NCBI RefSeq assembly: GCF_006345805.1
Contig: NC_042997.1
Span: 1,116,001 to 1,180,000, forward strand
Source: Octopus sinensis
Taxonomy: Eukaryota
DNA length: 64,000 nt
Reading direction: 5' to 3'
A model generated the notes under the pieces. It did no database searches. It was not told where the DNA came from and worked only from the letters and a program-made list of their open reading frames with translations. A program made the translations under genes and the position numbers. Positions within the stretch are counted from its first letter, which is position 1. Each line of letters opens with the position of its first letter. Shown piece after piece: positions 12,851 to 24,499 of this stretch.

Positions 12851-13263
12851 ATACCTATTTCTTTATTACCCACAAGAGGCTAAACACAGAGAGGGCAAAC
12901 AGACATAGGTATTAAGTCGATTACATCGACCCAGTGCGTAACTGGTACATAATTTATAGACCCCGAAAGGATGAAAGGCAAAGTCGACCTCGGCGGAATT
13001 TGAACTCAGAACGTAACAGCAGACGAAATACCTATTTCTTTATTACCCATAAGGGGCTAAACATAGAGGGGACAAACAAGGACAGACATAGGTATTAAGT
13101 CGATTACATCGACCCCAGTACGTAACTGGTATTTGTTTTACTGAACCCGAAAGGATGAAAGGCAAAGTCGACCTCGGCGGAATTTGAACTCAGAACGTAA
13201 TGACAGACGAAATACCGCTAAGCATTTCGCCGGGTGTGCTAACGTTGCTGCCAGCTCGCCGCC
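12851..13263 (-). mobile_element. SINE family A head-to-tail dimer with 21-bp TSD
   Basis: Two ~180-bp bodies joined at aaagaaataggtatttcgtctg; TSD tgcg(g/t)gtgtatgggtatacct at 12836-12856 and 13267-13287. Confidence 0.85.
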
Positions 13264-13589
13264 TTGTGCGTGTGTATGGGTATACCTGCTACAAGAGTGG
13301 GTGAATGTGCGTATTTATTGCTCTTGCATGTTTGTGTCTGCTGTGTGTGAACGTGTAATACATGTTTGTGTGTGTACCAACTGTATGTCGGTGCGTATCT
13401 ACGCGTACACATGTACATCTCTTGGTTTATGTATGTGTGTATTAATGTGTTTGTGTGTGCACGTTCACTTGTACATCTGCTGTGTGTATCTATGGGACAT
13501 ATATGTGACATGCGTGTGTGTGCCCGTATGAATATATCTCTGATTAATCTACGTGCTTATCTTTGTTTTTGTGTATATATGTGTGTGTG

Positions 13590-14029
13590 TACGTTTCGGC
13601 TGATATACCCTCCAGCCTTCATCATGTGTCTTGAGGAAGTTTCGAACCTGGGTTCTTATTCTTAAAAAAAAGCCTAATGTCGGCTCCGTACCGATTAGAT
13701 AATACAGTTCTATATTTAAGAGATGAGGAATTGTGTACATTATTTACATTATTTACATTCGACGGATATTTGTCCTCATCTTGTTTGTTGTTAACGCAAT
13801 GTTTCGGCTAATATACGCTCCAGCCTTCTTCAGGTGTCTTGGGTAAATCTCGAACCTGGGTTCTCATTCCTAATTTCGACGCATTCTTCTGGTGTCTTGG
13901 GTAACTTTTGAACCTGGGTTCACATACTCCAAGACATCTGGATAAGGTTGGCGGGTATATCAGCCGAAACGTTGTGTTAACAACAAACAAGATATGGACA
14001 AATATCCGTCTAATGTAAATAATGTACAC
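13590..14029. ncRNA. Cluster of three hammerhead motifs: 13590-13630(-), 13793-13838(-), 13933-13978(+)
   Basis: Consensus gacac CTGAAGA A GGCTG...CAGCC GAAACGTT gtgtt. The two minus-strand copies are direct repeats 208 nt apart; the plus-strand copy lies in an inverted arm (13733-13845 vs 13928-14029). Confidence 0.75.
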
Positions 14030-14132
14030 GTAAAGATGTTATATATAAGTATGCATACATACACACACACGCACACACATACACACACATATATACACAC
14101 ACACACACATATATATATATTACCATAAACAT

Positions 14133-14576
<444 letters not shown>

Positions 14577-15847
14577 CTTTTCTCTCTCTTTTGAGAAATA
14601 GACGAGTTTCTTTGGGAATGCAAATGCTCATAGTCGTATATGGCAAAGCGAGACACCAAAACAAAACGTCCATACCGTTTTTCCACTCGATATAGAATGA
14701 GGAGGCTGGATGTTGAGGTAAAGAGGGAAGGAGTGGAATGGGGGTGAATCTTTAATGAATTTGGGATCACAAAGAGGAAAAAGTATTTGTATAAATCTAA
14801 ACATGAATACAGGATAATAGTAAGTGCAAAATGTAATAAAAGAGTAAAAATGTAAAAAAAATGTAAAAAATAAGAATATAAGTATATAAAGATACAAAGG
14901 ATGCCGTGTGTCTGGTCTAACATTCCAGAGCTGTATTGTGACAGTGTAGACGTGAAAAATAACATGGAGATACAAATAAAGATAAAGAAGCGAAAAAATA
15001 AAGACGAAAATTAAAAATATAAGGGGATAAAAAAATTAAAAAGTGGACGTAAAGATAAAGTAAGGTAAAAATAAGGAGATAAAGAAAAAATATATGCCTG
15101 TTACTGATGAAGTTTTAGGATGTTTTTGGTGAGTGTCATAAATTAAAACTTAATTATCTGTGGAGCTGTATTGTAGAAAGCGGATGGTCAATTTAAGTTG
15201 TCTGCTCCAAGTATGGTGTGTGTCTATAAACTTATCTACTTTCTCGTAAAAAAACGCATGGGACCGTATTATTATCAATCAACATATACATATATATATA
15301 TTCATACATATATACGTCCACGCACACACATATGCACGCATATATATTCGCACACACACATATATATACAGCCGTATAGAAGTACCGACACGGATACACA
15401 TATACATACATACCGCTACACACAGATACCCAAGCCCGCACATAACTAAATACATATATACATAAACACACACATACATCTACACACGTATCCATATACA
15501 TACATATACATACACACACATACATATATGCATATACGTGCCCACACATATACATATTCCTATACGTACATACACATATATCTCTATATACATATATACA
15601 CATACATATATGTACGCATATATACACATGGAAAAAATGTGCATGCAGTTAGATACAAGAACCCACGCACATACGTACATATGCACACACACGTACATAC
15701 ACACATACATAAGTAAGCAATCACACATACACACCCTCAAAAATTAATAAATATATACACCCGCACACATAGATACACATACGGACATGTATATATACAT
15801 ACGCATACACATACATATATCTATATATACATACATATATGTATATA

Positions 15848-17136
15848 CGAGGGACGTTCAATAAGTAATGCCTCTGACCCACTTGCAGTTGTTTGATCTA
15901 GCTGACATTTTGCATGTGCAATTAGTTATATCTCTATAGAGTAAGTGGCAAATTACAGCTCTGAATTAATTGTGGTTTCTGATTTACACTTGTTTGAACA
16001 GAGTCAAGTGTGAAATGGAGCCTGTTGAGTGTCGAGCAGTGATCCGGTTTTTGTATTTGAAAGGACGCACACCACGGGAGACTTTTGATGAAATAAAAGT
16101 AACTTATGGTGATGATGCCCCATCATGTGACCTTGTAAAACGCTGGCATCGTGAATTCAAACATGGTCGGAATTCTGTGGAAACAGCTCCCAGATCTGGT
16201 CGCCCCCTTCTGCCATTGATGAGGCATCTGTCCGTCAAGTTGAGGCTGCCATTCTGGAAGATCGACGCATAATTATTCGCCAAATAGCCCATGAGGTCAA
16301 GATTAGTACCGGGTCTGTGGAAACTATCATTCATGACCATTTGCATATGCAAAAGGTCTGCCAGATGGATTCCCAGGTTGCTCACGCCTTTCCAGAAGCA
16401 AGAACGCGTCGAGTGCTCGAGGGTGAATTTGGAGATGTGCCAAGAATATGAGTCAAAATTTTTCAAAAGACTGATTACACAGGATGAAACCTGGGTCCAT
16501 CACGATGATCCAGAGACCAAAGCCCAGTCAATGCAGTGGAAACACCGTGACTCACCCCCTCCAAAGAAGGCAAGGGTGCAGCTCTCCGCTGGCAAGGTCA
16601 TGCTCACTGTCTTCTGGGACCAGGACGGAGTAGTGATGACAGATTTCCTGGCAAAGGGTACCACAATTGCAGGAGCCTATTATGCTTCACTTTTGAGGAA
16701 ATTAAGAGAAGCTATCAAAATCAAGAGGCGGGGCAAGATCAGCAAAGGCATCCTCCTCCTGCAGGACAACGCTCCGGTCCACAACTCGCTTGTCGCCAGA
16801 TCAGAAGCACAGGCGTATGGCTATGAACTCCTCCCCATCCCCCCTACTTTCCTGACCTTGCACCCTCTGATTTTCACCTCTTCCCAATCATGAAGTTGTT
16901 TTTGAAAGGAAAGCGTTTCCCAGATGATGCAGCCTTGATTTCTGAAGTCACGTTGAGGTTGGAGGACCAAGCTGGGTTCTTCTACAAAAACGGTCTCCAG
17001 AGCCGCATCAAACGATGGGAGAAATGCGTAACTCTGGGTGGTTCCTATGTAGAAAAAGATTAATAACTGTGCCAAGTTTCGTTGCTCTACTGCTATGGGA
17101 AGTGGGTCAGGGGCATTACTTATTGAAAGCCTCTCG
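15848..17136 (+). mobile_element. Full-length mariner (DD34D) transposon with a frameshifted transposase (16015-17063)
   Basis: TA-flanked TIRs cgagggacgttcaataagtaatgcc / ggcattacttattgaaagcctctcg; 1289 bp; motifs QDETWVH and QDNAPVH, plus PDLAPSDF after frame correction (34 residues between D2 and D3). Confidence 0.95.
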
Positions 17137-17160
17137 TATATATATATATATATATATATA

Positions 17161-18900
17161 TCGTAAGGTTCTAGAAAGATATGGCAGCCCTTTCTCCATC
17201 TACATAGAAAACAACTGGAAGAGATATCTAGATGACTGTTTCATTCTTTGGCATAAAAATATAGAAAAACTCATAGAATTCCAGGAAATTTTAAACAGGC
17301 TGGACGTAAACATCCAATTCACGATGGAATATAGCCAGCAACAACTTCCCTTCCTCGATATCCTCATTAAGAAAACTAATAATATAATAGAAACAGACAT
17401 ATACTATAAGCCTACACACTCTAAGCAATATCTTCCATTCAATTCATGCCACCCCAGACACACCAGGATGAATATCCCCTTCAATCTAGCAAAAAGGATA
17501 TGCACTATAGTCTCTAACGCAAACACCAGAGACACACGACTACAAGAACTAAAATATACCCTTATCACCAGGAACTATCCACCTTCACTTATTGACAAGT
17601 GCATTCAACGTGCCCTTCAACTTAACATCAAGGAACTGAGACATCCCAAATCAAAGAAAAACCTACAACCAAAAGCCTTACAATACATCTCCACAACAAC
17701 ACCTCTCAATAACGAAGCCTTCGGCACCATCCTCCACACATACCCCTCCTAAAAAAAGACCACAGAATGAACACAATCCTCCAAACACACACGATCATAA
17801 AAGCAAAAGACAGCCTAGATCCATGAAAAGTCTCCTAACACAAGCCCGAATTCACTCTTCAACACAGAAGCCGACAGTAAAAAAATGTGGAAGACCCAAT
17901 TGCGGGATATGCGACTATCTAATCGAGGGTTCTGAGTTCTCCTTCAAACAGGACAACGGTTTACAGTGAAAAGCAACTTCACATGTGTTTCGGAGAACCT
18001 AATATACTCACTAACCTGCTCCGGGTGTCAAGAGCAGTACATAGGCCAAACAAAAAATGGTTTGCGTAAACGAATGGCCCTGCACAGATCCCAGATAAAA
18101 ATTCCCCCAAACAGAAAAATAGCTTTTAGCCAACACATAGATACTTGCGCCAACAAAAAAACACCAAACTTCAGAATTTTCCCCCTCTACCAATTTAGGG
18201 ACGATACAACCTCGAGACAACGAATAAGTAAAGAAAATCTCTTTATTATAAAATACAGGCCACTTCTTAACGGGTCTACGACAAACAATTAATATACCTC
18301 AACTTAAGAATAAAAGAAAAAAATATATATACTCACACAAATATTACATTCCATAGAATCCATTACTAATCGCCCCATCACAGCTATATCTTCACCCATT
18401 CATATTCTCCCTTCTCTGTATTTTTCTTCTTCTTCCTCTTCTTCTTCTTCATCATCATCATTATCATCATCATCGTCGTCATCGTCATCACCACCATCAT
18501 CATCGTCATCTTCTCCTTCTCCTTCTTCTTCATCGTCATCATCATCGGCACCGTCATCTTCTTCTTCTTCTTCTACTTCTCCACCTTCTACCCCTCAACC
18601 TTGTCACTAATGTCTTTAAGTATAACGCCTACGCAGCGACTGCCGGTCGCCACTGACCAGCCCAGATTTTCCCACTCCCACCCCCTCAAGAACTCACAAC
18701 GACCTCGAATACACAAGTGCAAACAAGGGAGTCAGAGAAAGGCAGAATGCCACCTATATCTGAACACTACTATGGAAGTATTCCTTTAAAAAAACCTTTC
18801 TTCTAATTTTTCAAAATTTTTCTAAATTAAATTATTTAATCGTTACAGTTGAAAAGGTCTCAAAATGACCGAAACCGGTACTGAAAGATTCACTATAAAA
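17161..18900 (+). mobile_element. 5'-truncated Penelope-like element (RT C-terminus, GIY-YIG, 3' UTR)
   Basis: RYLDDCF, LPFLDI, YYKPTHSKQYLPFNSCHPRH; CGRPNCGIC; LIYSLTCSGCQEQYIGQT; KENLFIIKYRPLLN. Confidence 0.92.
18846..18883 (+). ncRNA. Decayed hammerhead motif at the PLE 3' end
   Basis: cag TTGAAAA ggtc-tcaaaat-gacc GAAA C CG G TA ctg; two core substitutions. Confidence 0.6.
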
Positions 18901-19095
18901 TCATCTTAGCATTTTCTATTTTTGACTTGTTTTTTCATATATATATATATATATACCCATCCTTACACACATATATACACATACATACACACGCATATAC
19001 ATATGTATAGGTACATGTGTACACATATACAATGAAACCCATACACAAACAAACACATGCATACATCGACATGTATGCGTCCATAGAGGTTCATT

Positions 19096-19170
<75 letters not shown>

Positions 19171-19460
19171 TACATACATATACATATATATATTTATATA
19201 TGTATACACACACACCAATACATACTGAGACATGCAACTTTTAGTACACTGAGGAAAGGAAAAGGAGATGTTTGTGAGGAATACATAGCTTTAAGAAGGG
19301 GGGGAATTGTGAAGGTGACCATAGTTGTTCATGCAACGTTTCTGTTGTCAATCACACACACACGCACACTCACATTCACAAACACACACACACACATTCA
19401 TATATAAAGCTGTTAAACTCCCGAATGGAAGCGAGAAAAAGGAAAGGGTTTATAATTTAA

Positions 19461-19857
19461 CTAGCAGTATCGCCCGGCGTTGCTCGGGTTTGTAAGGGAA
19501 ATAACTATATAAGCATTTTTAGAGAGTTACAGCCAGAAAATAGCAAAAAAATGCATTAAAAATGGAAAAAAATTAAGGTACATTTTTTAAAAATCGTTGA
19601 CTCATCGTAGACATTTTTAGAGAGCTACTTCCCTTATATAATAGCGAAAAAAATGCATTAAAATGGAAAAAAATGATGGTAATTTTTTTTTTAAATCGTA
19701 GACTCTTAGTAGAAGCGCGCTAATACCCAGAAGGGCTCGATATGAATCACGACTATAAGATACCCGGTTTTGGTTAAACTGCACCGCAAAATGTGGGAGT
19801 AGTCAGGAATCTAAATCGTAGGAGACGGACACACAACTTGACTTTTATATATAAAGA
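19461..19857 (-). mobile_element. Non-autonomous Helitron-like element
   Basis: Minus strand A|TCTTTATATATAAAAG ... cccgagcaacgccgggcg hairpin ... CTAG|T; canonical A/T insertion site. Confidence 0.8.
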
Positions 19858-20254
19858 TATGCAGTTGTAGGGGACAGGTAGGTTTATATAAGCTGTCGTT
19901 CAGATCGTCAACACTCCACCACTCTCTCCGGTCCCTCTCTCCCTCTCTATTTCTCTCTCTCTCTCTCAACGATTTCTCACGTTAAAAATCCAGGTCACTG
20001 AACGAGTTAACTGAAGTCAACGATTAAAACATGTATATTTGTATGTATATAGATGTATGTATGTATATATGCCTATGTGTGCATGTATATATGTATGTGT
20101 ACATGTATGTGCGAGAAAATGTGAGAGTTTGTATAGTTGCTTGATCTGTTGGAAATAACAGCCAAATCTCTCTCAATGTCACACGCTAACATGGCGGATG
20201 TAAAGATCATGGAACTTACCCCATTTGGGACAATTTTTTTACAGGAACACATTA

Positions 20255-21335
20255 TATCGTGGGCGGAGATACCGAATCTGCTTTTCAAAATGTAAATTCC
20301 CCTCTCCCTCCCAATTTCTTAAACTTTCACTTTTTAAAATAATCTTTTTCGCGAAATACGTAAAAAAAAAATACGGCGATTATGATTCTGAAATAAAAGA
20401 ATGTAAAATTTCAATATTTTGCCCCCCCCCCCACAAAAAAAGGATAAGCACCCTGCTTCTCCTCCGCCCCATGGCAAGAATTGAGATTAAAGTGTTTCTC
20501 TACTAATGTTTCATGTCGAACATAACCCAACACGTTGTGGTTGAGTGTCTTTTGGAATTAAGAGAGGTAAATAAAAATTAGATTTTTCACACACACACAA
20601 CCAACAAAATGACATAAACATTCTTTTTTCTTTTTTGGTAATTCGTATTTAGATAGTTGTTCTTCGGTTTCGTTGTTGTTTCTAGCGTTTTAGATTCCCG
20701 GTTGGTGCGTACTTAAAAATTGAAGATTTTGAAATCCCCAAAGCACGTTTTGATTCTTTGCCCCTGTGGCAATGAAAAAAAATGAGTGGGGAAAATTTCA
20801 CTTTCTGTCATAGGGTGCATGGGAGGGTTTTTTATCTATTCTTTTGAAAAATTGAAATTTTACGAACAATTTTTTTCAGAATCATAATCTCTGTATTTTT
20901 CTACCTATTTCGTCCAAAAATTATTTCTAAAATAAGTGAAAAATGAGAAATTTTTTTGGTGGGGTGGTTTTAAATTTTGAAATTTTTTCTTCTTCGGTAA
21001 TTCGTATTAGAATTTTGAAAACATGTTTCTAGCATGTCAGATTTTCTGTTTAGATACTTTTTGCGTCTGCTATTCTATAATTCTATGCATGCGTGAAACA
21101 ATAGTAGAGAAAACATTAATTTCACTTTTTGTCATAAAGCGGAGGGGAAGGGGTTGTTTATTTATTTAATTTGAAAATTTAAATTGAATCTTTTTTTTGT
21201 TTTCAGAAACACGCTCTCCCTATTTTTCTACGTATTTCGCGAAATTTTTATTTTATGAAAATGTAAGAAATTGGGGCGATGGTGCAGCAAGAGGGGAATT
21301 TAAATGACGAAATACAAATTTCAGTATGTCTGCAT
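20255..21335. mobile_element. Degenerate foldback-like element with modular ~250-bp inverted arms
   Basis: 20260-20510 is inverted relative to 21090-21330 (aaattcccctct, ttcgcgaaatacgta, ttctctacta); an extra internal arm copy lies at ~20760-20960. Confidence 0.6.
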
Positions 21336-24049
21336 GGATCAGACTAGCGTCTATTCAGATACTAGAGGTTAAATACCCTCTCCCTGTTTATGGGGATGCC
21401 ACGATTAAAATGGAATATATGGTTTTTCGGCGCCCAATAGTTTCAAGTTGATCAGGAGCCCTTAGCTACAGTAGTAAAAGTAAGCCTGGTTTTCCTGTTG
21501 ACGGATACTGCACATTGACGAATTGTCTGCAGCTGAATAATTTCAGTTTATATTAAAATGTATTTACATGTCTGCACTAATATGCATGTTACGCATTATA
21601 GAATTCAACTGTATATTTACAAATCTATGCAGAAAGAAAAAGCTAGCTCATCAGATAACCTGAACATTATGGTAACATCGATTCTTTGACTCTTAGATTA
21701 TATATTTATTATGCTCTAGTTTTGCCATGTCAAAACATATTTCCCTGTTTACTGTATACTGATACTAATTTAATGAACACACAGAGTTGAGAATGTAATT
21801 TATCGCTGGGACAGATATTTTTCATAATAATTATAACGTTATTTTCGAGATACAGCTGAATCGATGAAATTGTCTACAATATTAATTTTCCAGCTATTTT
21901 CTTTAATTTGTATTTCTTGTAGCCTATCAATTTCATGGGTTCTTAATTAATTGAAAGCCAATATTTTCTGTAAGTTTCCTGTCTACATTTCCTTATCTAA
22001 CAAGATGTGTTAACATTCCTCTATTCAGTTTTCCTGAAAGGCATTTTTTCACGCTTAATTTCAGGCGAATGTCCTTATTCTGTATATAATGGGATTTAAA
22101 ATTGTTCTTCATCTCAGTCTTCAGGTTGAGATGAACCATAAGAGAGAGAAGGGGAGAGAGACAGAGAGGGAGAGAGCCAGAGAAACAGAGAAAGGTAATT
22201 GTTATTGCATAACACTTGTTTCCGCGTGAGGCCTGGCTGAGTATGATGATTAGATTTGTTTGGGCTGAACAGAAATTGAAGATGTTAGTCAGCCATTGTT
22301 AATTGGAAGAGATACAATTAGGGCCATTGAGAAGAGAGCATCAATCAAAGTACCGACACATATACCAGGAAGAATGGGAATCTATTAGCATGCTATGTAT
22401 CGAAGACCACAACGTCGAATGAAAAGGAATCCTCAATAATATTTATTTCCTCTATATAAACACCACCCTATTTTCTGTGGGTAACGTCATTTACCAAAAG
22501 AGAATGCTGTGACATTATGTAATATATATGAAGTTCACTCAGCTGTAGAAATGAGTTGCGACGTCACTGGTGCCAAGCTGTATCAGCCTTTGTCTTTCCC
22601 TTGGATAACACTGGATATATATATATATATATCTTTCTATATATCTGTTTATCGTTAATATCGTCATGTCTCCTTCCTTCAAACGGGAAGGAAGAGCTAT
22701 TCTAATCATACTTTTGGCTATGGCGAAAGAATGTATCTGGTGGACGCGCCTGAAAGGATTAGAGATAAACATTTCCCTCTCTGGTCAATCTCTCATCAGC
22801 TGTCTCCCCTTTACACTTTATATTGACATTTCTGTGATAACGATCCCTATTGATCGAAAATCAAACCCCCTTTTTTCATCCCCCAAAAGAAAAGGTCTAC
22901 CTTGTAATTTGTCCCGTCTGTGTGCAGTCCTATGTGGCTAATTAAGAAACATATCTACGTATCTATCTATCTATCTTTCTATCTATATCTATATCTATAT
23001 CTATCTATCTATCTATCTATCTATATATATATATATATATAAATGCCCACATATATTCACAAACTACAGTCATGAAGAGAACATAACACTCGAGAATAGA
23101 AGCATACACGCTCCTCGAAAAATAGGATGGAACAATTGGGTTGCTTTTGATCACAGTTCAGCTAGACAAAACATGAAAGTATTCACGTCAAAATTTGAAT
23201 TGTAACCACGTACTTTCCTCGGATTATCAACTGCGAAATCTTTTACATATATTCATTGTATTATAAGTTATTATTAATTGTTTATTCAGTTTTTGTCTTA
23301 GAAAAAAAAACATATATTCGAACATAGACAGTGATAAAAATCATACACTTACAAGAAACAAATGTATTAATCAAACTTCACTATTTTCCATACTGGCTTA
23401 TTCACCTCATGGTTCTATTGTATTTTCTATCGAATAGTTACAAGATAGTCAGTACAGATGGAATAAAACACTCGTGTGAATTGAGTGGTGCGAGCAATTA
23501 CATACGCAGAAGGTGAATTGATATTTAATGTATAAATAGAAATAGGAAAGGAATGAAACAATTTCTAAACAAGGAAGAATGGGGAATGAAATGAAATAAG
23601 TACTGTAAGGCTCTAGAAAGATAAATCATTCGCCACGCACGTAAAATAATATAAATGGATGAGGAATGTCACCGATATAAACCCAAGATATATCGTCCTG
23701 ACGAATCGTATTCGTTAAGATAGATATACGCAAAAGAGTATGACTTTCACTTGCAAACAAAAACTCAGACATATGTAGAGAGCACGCACATATTTCTGTA
23801 TATAGACACACACGCGCGCACGCGCACACGCTTTTATATGTGCATTAGTAATATAAATGATAATAAGTTGATTACATTATCTCATGAAAAAAGAAATGGA
23901 TAGTTCAAAATTTAAGAATATATATATTACATACTTCCACTGCACACATACATGTATGTATGTATGTATGTATGTATCTATATATATATATATATCTATA
24001 TCTATATATATATCTATATCTATATATATATCTATATATATATATATAT

Positions 24050-24268
24050 ATATAACGTAAATCCCCAAAACTGAAGAACAAACACAAAAATACAACAACG
24101 CGAGGACGTGGTGCATGTAAAGTATTAGCAGACGCTGAGGGAAGGAAAGAAATATGGTTTAACGTTTCGAGCAAAGCTCTTCTTCAGAAACAGAGCAAAG
24201 CCCAATAGAAAAAGATTAAGAGGGAAAAAATCGCCAACGATTCCTATGTGGTTACATTTTGAAATGAC

Positions 24269-24270
<2 letters not shown>
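24050..24270 (-). mobile_element. Solo pLTR-like unit embedded in (TA)n
   Basis: Aligns with 5150-5390 in reverse; contains the intact hammerhead at 24157-24191. Confidence 0.75.
24157..24191 (-). ncRNA. Intact minimal hammerhead ribozyme motif
   Basis: Minus strand GTTT CTGAAGA A GAGC TTT GCTC GAAA CG TT AAAC: complete core, perfect stems I and II, palindromic AACGTT, GUU triplet. Confidence 0.85.
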
Positions 24271-24299
<29 letters not shown>

Positions 24300-24346
24300 C
24301 GTACATTTTCATACACACACAGACACAGACAGACAGACACACACAC

Positions 24347-24388
<42 letters not shown>

Positions 24389-24499
24389 GGTCTTTACTGC
24401 TCGTGCTTTGTCTGACCACCTCTTGTACTTACTCCCTTCTTAGATCAATCATGGCATTTGTTGTGGCTTTTTCAACCAAACAAGTTATTGAAAAGACGC

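Noticed and set aside
19880-19960. TATA-like tatataag upstream of a CT-rich tract
   Set aside because: Such motifs are ubiquitous in this AT-rich DNA, and there is no downstream gene evidence.
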